64,000 nucleotides of DNA from a virus (lineage: Duplodnaviria; Caudoviricetes), in IMG/VR virus record IMGVR_UViG_3300045257_000193, positions 357-64,356 of that record; one strand, written 5' to 3'. The position numbers and the translations under genes are program-made. The first letter of the stretch is position 1; every line of letters starts with the position of its first letter. Below the pieces are notes generated by a model. That model did not search any database, was not told the origin of the DNA, and saw nothing but the letters and a program-made list of their open reading frames with translations. Positions 19,345 through 28,953 of the stretch are shown piece after piece.

Positions 19345-21400
19345 GCCTTTTGAAAATGGTACATCAGTTGTTATTCAGGATATAGAGATATTCTTGCCAC
19401 CCTTCCCTTTTGTGCCAAATTACTACGATGGGAGTGGTGATTTAATTGTTTCCGATGTTTTATTTTCAGATCAAGAAAAGGAAGGTCAATATTGGAGACG
19501 AGTTTTTGATCAAGTCTCTTATAATGAAAGGCGCAAGGAAGAAAAGCGACTTCAAAAACAGAACCCAGAATATATTGACGAAGACTTAGAGGAAATTAGA
19601 ATCCTTGAGTGGAAACGCCGTATGAACGGTGTTTGGATGATGAATAATGGCGATCCGGTCTATATGCCCGGCTTATATTATTTCTACCTAGCTCATTGGG
19701 TAATGGACACCGGATACGCAAAATTCAGGATACCAGACTTAGAAGATTTTTTATTTTGGCAGTATTGCTGTGAGGATCCATTATGCTTAGGTATGTTAAA
19801 GGTCACGGTTAGGCGTAACGGAAAGACGTACCAGGCAACAGTTAAGACTGCAGAGTATGTAATTAGACAAAGATTTAAGCACGGAGGAATACAGTCAAAA
19901 GCAGATGCCGATGCAAAAAAAGTTTATACTAAACACTTAATACAGCCATTAAAATATGTTGTTGACTTTTTCAAGCCAACGATGGACGAACAAAAAGGCG
20001 CAGCTCCTAAAAAGGAACTTTCATTATCTAAAACAATAACAAAAGACACTGATCAGCACGAAGCGTTTGAAACTGAACTTGGGTCTCTTATCGATTATAA
20101 GCCATCAGACATTATGGGTTATGACGGGGATAAATTACACAGATTCACGCACGACGAAGTTGGAAAGACCACATTAATAGACGTTTACGAAAGACACAGA
20201 GTTGTCCGTAAATGTTGTACGGATACCGAGACGGGCCATTATATCGGCAAAATGATAGCTACAACAACTGTTGAAGATATTGAAAAAGGCGGCAAGGAGT
20301 TTAAAGAATATTGGGACGGATCTAATCAAAAAAAGAAACATCCACAAACCGGACAAACAGAATCAGGATTGTACAGATTCTTTGTTCCGGCTTTTAGAAC
20401 AAAGCATTTTGATAAATATGGTTATCCGGACGAAGATCGCGCTAAGAAGGAAATATTGGCAATGCTTGAAAGCTATTCCAATAATCCCAAAATGCAGACT
20501 GCTGAGAGAAGGATGAATCCAATGACAGAAGCAGATCTTTTCGCATCTGATGCCGAACATTGCCCTTTTAACGTAGCCGTAATCGATAGCACGTTGCAAT
20601 ATATATCAATGCTTCCGGATAATGATAGGGAGCGTTGTAGAAGATTTGATTTGGTATGGGAAATTCCTGATGTAAAAGTAAAAGCAATCCCCAATTCAAC
20701 AAATGGTCGGTGGTCTATATCCTGGTTGCCGCCAGAATCTGATCAAAATCAAGTGCATGATAGCGGAGGTTCAGAACATAGATTTAAACCACTGAATGAT
20801 CATAAGTTTGCAATGGGGTGTGATCCGGTATCTATGGGTATAGAAGCTGTACACGGAAGTTCTTGTGCAGCCATAGCTGTCTATAGAAAGGCGGACGTTC
20901 ATCATGAGGCTGAATTGTTTTCCGAAAACTTTATAGCTGATTATGTGCATGACCCAGATAATCCAGAAGAGTTTTATGAAGACCAAATAATTGCTTGTTT
21001 CTTTTTTGGATGCGAAGTTCTTATAGAAAAAAACAAGTTCGATATTTACAATTACATGAAAAGGCGTGGGTATTTATCCTTTGTGATGTCTCAGCCTGAG
21101 AACACCGTATCTATCACCCACAAGGGAGAAATGAAAGAGGGGATATCTGCTGGTACATATACTATTGATTTATATGTAACAAGGTTAAAGTCTTGGTGGT
21201 CTCTACATGGTCACAGATGTAGGCAAGAAAGGGTTTTAGAGGACGCCAGAAGCTTTACCGTTAAAACTCGCGGCGAACACGATTTAACCGTTGCTTGCGG
21301 CTGGGCCAGACTTGCCGCGGAGAAACCATACAAACCGAAGACGGTTAATATACCGATCGGCTCACTATTTTCATTTAGGGAGCAACAAAGTAGACATTAG
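19337..21400 (+). CDS. terL: Terminase large subunit (crAss-like type)
   Basis: GLYYFYL adenine-binding region, RRNGKT Walker A, HDEVGK Walker B, MGCDP RNase H fold, HDLTVA. Confidence 0.9.
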   Translation: MFKPFENGTSVVIQDIEIFLPPFPFVPNYYDGSGDLIVSDVLFSDQEKEGQYWRRVFDQVSYNERRKEEKRLQKQNPEYIDEDLEEIRILEWKRRMNGVWMMNNGDPVYMPGLYYFYLAHWVMDTGYAKFRIPDLEDFLFWQYCCEDPLCLGMLKVTVRRNGKTYQATVKTAEYVIRQRFKHGGIQSKADADAKKVYTKHLIQPLKYVVDFFKPTMDEQKGAAPKKELSLSKTITKDTDQHEAFETELGSLIDYKPSDIMGYDGDKLHRFTHDEVGKTTLIDVYERHRVVRKCCTDTETGHYIGKMIATTTVEDIEKGGKEFKEYWDGSNQKKKHPQTGQTESGLYRFFVPAFRTKHFDKYGYPDEDRAKKEILAMLESYSNNPKMQTAERRMNPMTEADLFASDAEHCPFNVAVIDSTLQYISMLPDNDRERCRRFDLVWEIPDVKVKAIPNSTNGRWSISWLPPESDQNQVHDSGGSEHRFKPLNDHKFAMGCDPVSMGIEAVHGSSCAAIAVYRKADVHHEAELFSENFIADYVHDPDNPEEFYEDQIIACFFFGCEVLIEKNKFDIYNYMKRRGYLSFVMSQPENTVSITHKGEMKEGISAGTYTIDLYVTRLKSWWSLHGHRCRQERVLEDARSFTVKTRGEHDLTVACGWARLAAEKPYKPKTVNIPIGSLFSFREQQSRH

Positions 21401-21942
21401 TCTAATCGCCTCCAAAGGAACCCGCCAGCGATTTTGCCAGGAGTTTTAGATGCTATGACTATAGAGTTCATTCCTATTTTGTTATCATTATAGGCTTGTT
21501 TTATTGATTCATATACTTTAACTGGGATACTATCAATAGTAAGTTTTTCAATCCTTATACCAGCAATTCTATCCTTTCCGAACCTAGTTCGAACAGACCC
21601 TACTTTGCCAAGGGTATCATGAGAATGGTATTCATTTTCTTGATACGTACACCATTCTAAATTTTCAACTCTGTTATCGGTCTTTATACCGTTAATATGA
21701 TTAACGCATGGCTTATTATCCGGGTTTGGAATAAAGTGCAACGCAACCAGCCGATGCACTGTAAAAAACTTTCTTTTTGCATTATTACTTAATCCAATCC
21801 TAGGATACCCATATCTATTATTTGGAGTAGCTCTTTTCTTTTTCTGCTTAGTTGTCCAATAGTCTAATGAAAATACTTCTCCATTAGTATTTATAGTGTA
21901 TAGGTTTTCGTAATTAATAATTGGCACTTCTAAAATTTCCAT
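21397..21942 (-). CDS. NUMOD4-HNH homing endonuclease
   Basis: [13 protein letters not shown]; VHRLVALHF; [19 protein letters not shown]; ATG 21942 chosen because the upstream sequence is leader 2. Confidence 0.9.
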   Translation of the reverse strand: MEILEVPIINYENLYTINTNGEVFSLDYWTTKQKKKRATPNNRYGYPRIGLSNNAKRKFFTVHRLVALHFIPNPDNKPCVNHINGIKTDNRVENLEWCTYQENEYHSHDTLGKVGSVRTRFGKDRIAGIRIEKLTIDSIPVKVYESIKQAYNDNKIGMNSIVIASKTPGKIAGGFLWRRLD

Positions 21943-22050
21943 ATAACAAAATTGACCTTTACATACTAGGAATGTCTCACGATTCTGTTCTATAAAGGCC
22001 AATGATAAAGATTTTTTGCCCTATTGTGAGACAAGCGATAAACAAATATA
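21943..22050 (-). promoter_or_regulatory. Promoter plus two-hairpin kissing-loop leader 2
   Basis: TATATTTG (22043-22050, -); loop TGTCTCAC (22026-22033) complementary to loop GTGAGACA (21973-21980); stem TTGGCCTTTA/TAAAGGTCAA followed by TTTTG. Confidence 0.7.
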
Positions 22051-22104
22051 TGAAATATAAAAATAAAAAACTAAATTAGCGTAACTTATTGAAAATAATT
22101 AACT

Positions 22105-24498
22105 ATGAGGTCATTCTCCACAAGTTCAGATATATCTCTAATTACAGATAAATACCAGACGTTAAGTTCGGGGAGGCCCTCGCACTTAATCCCGCCCAAC
22201 CGAAAGGATAAGGCTTGGTGCCTACAAATGGTAAGGTGCGCTTACAACGAGTTCAGGAATAACTGTCCGAACTTGTTCTATAATGCTGCTGCCAACTACA
22301 CGGAAAATATACGATACTTTCAGGCACTCCTTGATCCGGAACGTTATATGGATCAGTATGATAATAATCAGTCAGTAACAGAGAACCAAACCAGCGTAGC
22401 AAGGGATAAGAGGATATTAAACGTTGCCTCTAAATATATCAGGATACTTAAAGGTAGATTGTCGGACCTGAAATTCGATATTACAGCTACTCCTATTAAT
22501 GCTTTGGCACGTCAGCATGAGGAGGAATTTACTTCTCGTATCCGTGCCGCAATGAAAGCAAAGAAAATTGCTGATCAGTATAATCTTCCTGAGATCAATA
22601 AAATGCTGCAGGAACTAGGGTTTGATAGTTTACCAGCAGATACCGAAGAATTAGAAATACAAAAGTCTAATTTATCAATGCCGTATCAAATGGCAATGAA
22701 TATTGAATTATTCTTACAGTATGCTAACCAGGTTGATAATTTAGAAAGAAAGTTACAGGAAGAAGACCTGGATGTTATTTTACAAGGGTGCTACGCTACA
22801 AAAGTTACAACGGATGCAGATGGTACACCAATAGCAGAGAAGATAGATCCAAGATCACTTTTAGTTGGATTTAGTAATACAGAAGATTTTAGGGACGTTT
22901 CGGAAATTGGCCAGTATAGGGCCATATCAGTACCTGAATTAAAAGAGGAAGATATCGACCAACAATTAACTGAGGATGATTATTTTGACATAGAAAATAA
23001 TGTTGCGGGAGTAAATGTTAATAATATTGACCGAGCTATTTATTTCGCGGATAAATATCTGTCTAAAAAAGTATTGATCTTAGATTTGTACTTTTATTCA
23101 TGGGACGAAGAAGTAAAAGTTCTAAAGAATAATTCCCAAGGGAACCCTAGAATTCACATGAAAAACTTCGACTATTACAGAAATAGAGAAGATGAATTCT
23201 ACAAAAACAATCCTGGCAAAGAAATATTCAGAACAAAAAATCAAGTTGTATACAAAGCATCGTGGATTGTTGGGACTGATTACTTATACAATTGGGGATT
23301 ATTCAGAGATACGGCTAGATCACAATCGGACCCATACAGAACTAAGTTGCCTATTCTCATTACGGCACCACTTATCAAGGATGGTCAGACTCATTCAATG
23401 ATGGATGAAATTAAACCAATTATTGATGCAGTTCAGTTAAACTGGCAAAGAATACAAGAAGTAGTTGCAAAAGCAATGCCACCAGGGTTTACTATTGATC
23501 CTAATGGGCTTATGGATGCAGTTCAAAGTATCGGAGACAAAAAATACGATTTCCAAAAATTGCTACAAATGGCAACAAAGGAAAACATTCAATTAGTTTC
23601 AGCGAGTAAATATGCAGCTCATGGCAATAAATCTGTAGAGTTGAATTACGGTGGATTAGGTCCTGACTTCCAAGGATGGATTACGGCACTTAATTACAAT
23701 CTCACTTTAATTCAAGAGATTACCGGATTCAATTCAGTTGCGGCAGGATCACCTGAAAAATACATGGGGAAAGGTGTTTCTGATAACGTAATGCAGACAG
23801 CGGACTTCTCTATTAAACACTTATACGAAGCAAAGCGCATGCATTGGGAAGATATCAATAGGCTGAAAACAACCTTGGGTATGGATCTTATTGCATCCGG
23901 GAAAGCGATTGGCATTAAGAAAGCAATCGGATCAGAAGCATTCGATTACATGCAGATCAATGCACAGGCAAGTAAATATGAATATAGTATTTCTGTTAAC
24001 TATAGAGCATCAGCTGAAGTTTGGGCAGATCTATATGCTGCAGCTAAAAATGCCCAGGCAGTCGGTCCGGAACAAGGTGGTATTACACTAGATGACTACC
24101 TTCAATTAACAGAGTGTACAACATTAAAACAAGCAAAGGCATATCTGTATATAACAATTAAGAATCACAGAAGACAAGCGCAGGATCAGCAACGTCAAAT
24201 TGTACAAGAGAAAGCGCAATCGGATCAGGAAACAGCTAAAAATTCTGCAATGATTCGCCAGCAAGAGTTACAGGCACAGGCTGAAATTGATTCTAATAAA
24301 ATAAAAATGCAATTAGATGCAGATCTTACAAAGTTGAAAGCTACGCATGAGTATACAATGATTGAACAGGAAGCTCAAAATCAAAGTAAATCAAATCATA
24401 TCGTAACTAAGGAAACGTATAATTTGCAGGATACGCAGATTAAGGCCAATGCCAACATAGACAGGCTTAGAACTACTGGCAGCGGCGTTGAAAAATAA
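22105..24498 (+). CDS. Portal protein
   Basis: 797 aa after TerL; EKIDPRSLLV and IQEITGFNSVAAG motifs; Gln-rich C-terminal coil as in P22/crAss portals. Confidence 0.85.
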   Translation: MRSFSTSSDISLITDKYQTLSSGRPSHLIPPNRKDKAWCLQMVRCAYNEFRNNCPNLFYNAAANYTENIRYFQALLDPERYMDQYDNNQSVTENQTSVARDKRILNVASKYIRILKGRLSDLKFDITATPINALARQHEEEFTSRIRAAMKAKKIADQYNLPEINKMLQELGFDSLPADTEELEIQKSNLSMPYQMAMNIELFLQYANQVDNLERKLQEEDLDVILQGCYATKVTTDADGTPIAEKIDPRSLLVGFSNTEDFRDVSEIGQYRAISVPELKEEDIDQQLTEDDYFDIENNVAGVNVNNIDRAIYFADKYLSKKVLILDLYFYSWDEEVKVLKNNSQGNPRIHMKNFDYYRNREDEFYKNNPGKEIFRTKNQVVYKASWIVGTDYLYNWGLFRDTARSQSDPYRTKLPILITAPLIKDGQTHSMMDEIKPIIDAVQLNWQRIQEVVAKAMPPGFTIDPNGLMDAVQSIGDKKYDFQKLLQMATKENIQLVSASKYAAHGNKSVELNYGGLGPDFQGWITALNYNLTLIQEITGFNSVAAGSPEKYMGKGVSDNVMQTADFSIKHLYEAKRMHWEDINRLKTTLGMDLIASGKAIGIKKAIGSEAFDYMQINAQASKYEYSISVNYRASAEVWADLYAAAKNAQAVGPEQGGITLDDYLQLTECTTLKQAKAYLYITIKNHRRQAQDQQRQIVQEKAQSDQETAKNSAMIRQQELQAQAEIDSNKIKMQLDADLTKLKATHEYTMIEQEAQNQSKSNHIVTKETYNLQDTQIKANANIDRLRTTGSGVEK

Positions 24499-24535
24499 TA
24501 ATTTGTATTAATGATTTTTATTATTAACTTTGGTT

Positions 24536-24607
24536 AAAGTTTAGTTAGATAAGTAGTTTAAATTAGGTTTAAGTTAGCCGGGGGTAGTAGCTCGGCTAAC
24601 TTTTTTT
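24536..24607 (+). ncRNA. Candidate trans-acting small RNA (~70 nt)
   Basis: TTTG(24502)-N19-TAACTTTG(24525) promoter; no ATG; ends in intrinsic terminator AGTTAGCCGG..TCGGCTAACT plus T-run. Confidence 0.6.
24571..24607 (+). terminator. Intrinsic terminator
   Basis: GC-rich hairpin AAGTTAGCCG/CGGCTAACTT plus poly-T. Confidence 0.8.
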
Positions 24608-24615
24608 GCCTCATA

Positions 24616-24650
24616 AAAAAACTACCACACAAGTTAATGTATGGTAGCTT
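24616..24650 (-). terminator. Intrinsic terminator of the 24681-24953 gene
   Basis: On - strand CTACCATAC/GTGTGGTAG followed by a T-run. Confidence 0.6.
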
Positions 24651-24680
24651 AGAAAACATAAACAAACCAGAAAGAAAGTT

Positions 24681-24953
24681 TTAAGCGTCTAATGCAATAA
24701 TTGCGGCTACGGTTAATGTAGACTCGTAAAGTTTTGCTGCAAACTTTGATGGATCAGCATATTTGAATAAAGACTGTACACCAGTTGCGGCAGTTACCGC
24801 TGCTGATACAGAACTCATTTCAACAATATAAGCCTTATTAAAAGTTTGTGTTACTGCATTCGCGGCTAATTTTCTAACTCCGCCTGGGAAGTCTGGAATT
24901 AAACCAAGCTCACCTTTAACTACTGGAATTTGTAAGAAAGTTGTAGTGCCCAT
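24681..24953 (-). CDS. Small Ala/Thr-rich protein, possible capsid decoration protein
   Basis: 90 aa with its own terminator; structural-protein-like composition. Confidence 0.5.
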   Translation of the reverse strand: MGTTTFLQIPVVKGELGLIPDFPGGVRKLAANAVTQTFNKAYIVEMSSVSAAVTAATGVQSLFKYADPSKFAAKLYESTLTVAAIIALDA

Positions 24954-25034
24954 AATTTTTTTATTTTAATTGATGGGATAAAAATAGGCTAAATTAAATT
25001 TTCAATTTATAATTATACCATAAAAGGTAAGTTA

Positions 25035-25346
25035 TTATTTTTTCACATTAACTCCAAGTATTCTCCTAAATTCATATTTTAATTGTCTTCCTGATTCTGA
25101 TCTTGAAAAAGCGCATAACTCACATGCGAATAAAAGTGTCACATGATACCTCTTTCTGAGTAAAACTTCTGGCGCATCAAACAACATACTTTTATGTTTG
25201 AAAAAATCAATACCCTCTTCACCTAGCTTGTGAAAATTTTTAACCCACCGGCTATAATGTTCAGGCTTATATCCCAAGGCTATAAAAAGGCTTCGGGAAT
25301 CTACACAACTAATAGAATTATATTCTGTAACCTTAAAACTTTTCAT
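25035..25346 (-). CDS. AntA/AntB-like antirepressor
   Basis: VDSRSLFIALG..YSRWVK..EGIDF..YHVTLLFACELC; TACCTTTG box at 25387-25394 (-). Confidence 0.7.
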   Translation of the reverse strand: MKSFKVTEYNSISCVDSRSLFIALGYKPEHYSRWVKNFHKLGEEGIDFFKHKSMLFDAPEVLLRKRYHVTLLFACELCAFSRSESGRQLKYEFRRILGVNVKK

Positions 25347-25422
25347 TAACTAATCATAAACGGTAAGTTGCCATTTTACTAATAATCAAAGGTATTATTT
25401 TTAGGCCAGAAAAACTACAAAC

Positions 25423-26529
25423 ATGGCAGAAAATACAGATAATACACAAGAACAGGTAGCGGAGGCCATAACAAGCACCCATAACCCGTTTGAACAGGTT
25501 GAAGAAGCGGCAAGCAGACAATTCGTAGCTAACGAAGTATTTGGTGATCCAGTTGAAGAAACTGCTGCAAACCAAGAGGATGCTAATACAGCTACCACTC
25601 CGGCAGCAACCCCTCCTGCAGACGAGCAGGTTGAAGAAAATGATGACCCGGTTTCTTGGCTAAATGAACAGTGGAGGGCACAAGGAGTTAAAATTGAATC
25701 CCTTGATGATATTCCATATATAGTTAGTGAATATCAAAAGTTACTTGCAATAAAGAAACCAGACTATACGCCGGAAGAAATTGCAAGGATTAAACTTGGA
25801 AGAGAAACTGGGAATTGGGGATTATATGATGAAATAGTATCTATTGATACTAAAACAATCAATATTAAAAACCCAGAAGAGGCAAAAGATATAATGAAGA
25901 CCAAGTTTATACTTGAGCATCCAGAAATGTCAAGACCTTTTGCGGAAAAGTTATTTGAAAAGAATTTAAGTAAAACATTTTCTGAAGAAGATTCAGAAGA
26001 GTTTATAGCACAATATTTAGAACACGAGGCTGCAATAGCAAAGAAGTGGTTAGAGGAAAAGAAGGCTTCAATCAATATCGCTGAGGATAGCACCGTTGAG
26101 GAAGTTAAACAGACAGATGACCAGTGGTTTGCTCAAGTAGATAAGGTTATTAATCAAATAGTACAAGACAAGTTACAGGTAACTTATGAAGTAGAAGATA
26201 AGGCGGTTAATGTGGTTATTGACCAAGATGAACTTCGAGAACTAAGGGACGCAATGGACTCGCCTCAGACATGGTTGAGAGATAACATTCTAAATGAAAG
26301 AGGGGAATACGATCATGAGAAACTGGCACATCTTATTATCAAGGACCTTCACAGTGCAAAAGTTAATAAAGAGTTCTATGAACTTGGCCGAGTTCACCAA
26401 GAGCAGCACCTATTAACAAAACAGCGTGGCACAACCATGCAAACAACAGCTACAGGAGCACCAAGGAACAATTCTGATCCAAGGGACGGAGTAGCAGATG
26501 CTTTCTCAAAATTAACTAGAGGTTACTAA
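25423..26529 (+). CDS. Putative capsid scaffolding protein
   Basis: Very acidic helical protein directly upstream of the major capsid gene. Confidence 0.65.
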   Translation: MAENTDNTQEQVAEAITSTHNPFEQVEEAASRQFVANEVFGDPVEETAANQEDANTATTPAATPPADEQVEENDDPVSWLNEQWRAQGVKIESLDDIPYIVSEYQKLLAIKKPDYTPEEIARIKLGRETGNWGLYDEIVSIDTKTINIKNPEEAKDIMKTKFILEHPEMSRPFAEKLFEKNLSKTFSEEDSEEFIAQYLEHEAAIAKKWLEEKKASINIAEDSTVEEVKQTDDQWFAQVDKVINQIVQDKLQVTYEVEDKAVNVVIDQDELRELRDAMDSPQTWLRDNILNERGEYDHEKLAHLIIKDLHSAKVNKEFYELGRVHQEQHLLTKQRGTTMQTTATGAPRNNSDPRDGVADAFSKLTRGY

Positions 26530-26543
26530 AAAAATAACAAACA

Positions 26544-27917
26544 ATGAGCGATATCATTAATAATTCAACCCAAGGCCCAAATCAGAATAGTTTTATCCCA
26601 TCGATTACATCGGGACAATTACTACGTAGTGACGGGCTTTTATGGAAAAAAATATTCAGACAAGCGGACGAGCAAGATTTCTTGATGTTCATCGAATCTA
26701 TTCAGGCATGGAAACTTGCTGATGACGTAGGCGTAAGATGGCATGAAGAAGGTTATGTAATGGCTAACGCAACTATTGCATCATTTACGGGTGGTGCATC
26801 AGCGGGCGCAGCAGCAGTAATTACATTGCCGGCATCAGCTCACCAGAACTCTGGTACACGTTCTCCTTTCAAAGAAAACAACATCTTGAAAGTCGATGGA
26901 ACACAAATGTTTGTTGTATCTAAAAACACAACAACTCCAAATGCGCACACAATCACTGTAACACCGTTGCCAACAACAGTTACATTGAACACTGTTCTTG
27001 CAGCAGGTAAAACAATCATTATTTCCGGTTCAGCTTACGGCGAACAGACTGGTTATACTGAAGGTATGATGAACTTACCGATCAAGTTTGAAGAACAAAC
27101 TGGTATCGTTAAGACTAAGATCACTACTTCAGGAACGTTAGCTTCTAACGTAATGAAAGTTCCGGGTGCATTATCAGGGTCAGATCGTTTCTTGTATGAA
27201 GCTGATATGAAGTGTTTCTTACAACACAAATCAGAGGTTTCATTAGCAGCGTTAATTGGCCCAGGTGGTACAACAACTGATGCAGCTGGTAAAACAGTAC
27301 AAGTTGTAAAAGGTGCTATCACACAAGTGTTAGAAAGAGGTAACGATTACGGTTACAATGGTTCATTAACGTATAATGATATCCAAAACTTGACTCGTAT
27401 CCTTATTAAGCAACGCGCAGGTAACGAACATTTGATGAATGTTGGTCACGAAGCGGACTTAATGATCGAGCAATTTGTAAGTGATTCAATGAGAAATGGT
27501 GCAAGAATTTATCTTGATAACCAAAATGGTACATTGAAAGGTCAGAAGTTGGTTGACTTCGGTTGCGATGGTTTCAGATTATCTAACTTCACTTTTGTGA
27601 AAAAGAGAATGTCTGAATTTAATAACCCTGTCAGCTTATATGCACCGGGACAAGAGTATCCATACTATGTTTGGACTACGCCGATCGCTAACACAAAAGA
27701 TCCGGTATCAGGACAAGCAGGATATGCATTGCAATTTGCATACAAAGGTATCCAAGGACCTAAAGGGATGAATTTCGATCGTAAGTTCTATGCTCCAACG
27801 CCTGGTGGTGATGGCCGTACTTCTGAGATTGATGAAGTAAACTTCCGTTATTTGACTGAATTTGCACCATTGTTAGCACTTGCAAACCAATCAGTAATAA
27901 TGAGAAAACTTTCATAA
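26544..27917 (+). CDS. Major capsid protein
   Basis: 457 aa, VRWHEEG motif, strong codon bias, followed by a terminator; crAss-like gene order. Confidence 0.85.
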   Translation: MSDIINNSTQGPNQNSFIPSITSGQLLRSDGLLWKKIFRQADEQDFLMFIESIQAWKLADDVGVRWHEEGYVMANATIASFTGGASAGAAAVITLPASAHQNSGTRSPFKENNILKVDGTQMFVVSKNTTTPNAHTITVTPLPTTVTLNTVLAAGKTIIISGSAYGEQTGYTEGMMNLPIKFEEQTGIVKTKITTSGTLASNVMKVPGALSGSDRFLYEADMKCFLQHKSEVSLAALIGPGGTTTDAAGKTVQVVKGAITQVLERGNDYGYNGSLTYNDIQNLTRILIKQRAGNEHLMNVGHEADLMIEQFVSDSMRNGARIYLDNQNGTLKGQKLVDFGCDGFRLSNFTFVKKRMSEFNNPVSLYAPGQEYPYYVWTTPIANTKDPVSGQAGYALQFAYKGIQGPKGMNFDRKFYAPTPGGDGRTSEIDEVNFRYLTEFAPLLALANQSVIMRKLS

Positions 27918-27924
27918 TAAAATT

Positions 27925-27953
27925 AAGGGGTGGTGATTCGTCACTACCCCTTT
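27925..27953 (+). terminator. Intrinsic terminator
   Basis: AAGGGGTGGTGA TTCG TCACTACCCCTTT. Confidence 0.8.
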
Positions 27954-27982
27954 CTTAATAAAAACCAAAAGAAAAGAAAACA

Positions 27983-28882
27983 ATGAGCACACTAGAACAA
28001 ATATTAGAAAAAAAACCATTAACTGCAGCTGAAGCAAAAGATAAATTAAATCCTGAATATGTTGCTGATCTTGGATTAAAAAACCTTGAAAGAGACGAAA
28101 GGATTGTATTTAAGGTATTACAAAAGCCAATTGTTGCTTCGGATACCAGCGGACAAAAAAAGGATATTTACAAGGCTTCACAACGCGTTCCAAATAAATG
28201 CACAGTATATGATGGGAAGGCAATGTATGAAGTATCATATCCTGAAGAAATTAGCTTTTATCGCGAATCAAACAGCGAGATTGTAATCACCGGGAAAGAG
28301 CCACATAAGTTTGCTTTGCTATGGTTCCTTAGAATGTCAAATAACAACCTAAGTAATCCATATGCTATCCAAGGAAGTGAATATATCTTCGAGGAAGTTG
28401 CAGAGTTAATGAAATCTCAAAATGCTTTAGATAAAGAAGTAGAAGTTGCAACACTTATTACTTTTATTAAATCTAAGTCATTGGAAGATGTTGCACAGCT
28501 TTGTAAGCAGTTGAATGTTGCATGTGGAGAGACACAAGTTGAGAAGCAGATGGCTTTGATCGAATACATCAAGAACGATACAAATAGAAATAGATTCAGA
28601 TCAACGTCTATTAATGCGCTTGGAACTATTAAGGAATTGATTAACAAGTCAATTGAGCTTGATATCCTATCATTGGACAATGAGACTAAAATGTGGTCAA
28701 GACGAGTTGATGACAGAAGTATTGATATTGTACAGGTTTCTATTGGTGAAGATCCAAAAGACTTCCTTGTTAAATACTTTATTTCCAATGACAAAGGTAA
28801 AAAACTGAAGACATTCTTCGAACAAAAAACAATTTCTATACTTGCCGAGCGGAAGGCAACGCAAGTTGGAAAGAATATCTAA
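27983..28882 (+). CDS. Conserved protein downstream of the major capsid gene
   Basis: 299 aa; position typical of crAss-like head modules. Confidence 0.55.
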   Translation: MSTLEQILEKKPLTAAEAKDKLNPEYVADLGLKNLERDERIVFKVLQKPIVASDTSGQKKDIYKASQRVPNKCTVYDGKAMYEVSYPEEISFYRESNSEIVITGKEPHKFALLWFLRMSNNNLSNPYAIQGSEYIFEEVAELMKSQNALDKEVEVATLITFIKSKSLEDVAQLCKQLNVACGETQVEKQMALIEYIKNDTNRNRFRSTSINALGTIKELINKSIELDILSLDNETKMWSRRVDDRSIDIVQVSIGEDPKDFLVKYFISNDKGKKLKTFFEQKTISILAERKATQVGKNI

Positions 28883-28907
28883 AAAAGTAATTTGACACTC
28901 TTAAATT

Positions 28908-28942
28908 AAGACTATTCACCTTCATTGGTGAATAGTCTTTTT
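28908..28942 (+). terminator. Intrinsic terminator
   Basis: AAGACTATTCACC TTCATT GGTGAATAGTCTT TT. Confidence 0.8.
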
Positions 28943-28953
28943 AATTAAAAAAA

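Noticed and set aside
18787-22002. Introns or inteins around terL
   Set aside because: TerL is one continuous ORF with all motifs; the flanking HNH genes are free-standing
21943-22002. N-terminal extension of the HNH ORF in the ORF track (start 22002)
   Set aside because: The region is the structured leader; the NUMOD4-like sequence begins at ATG 21942
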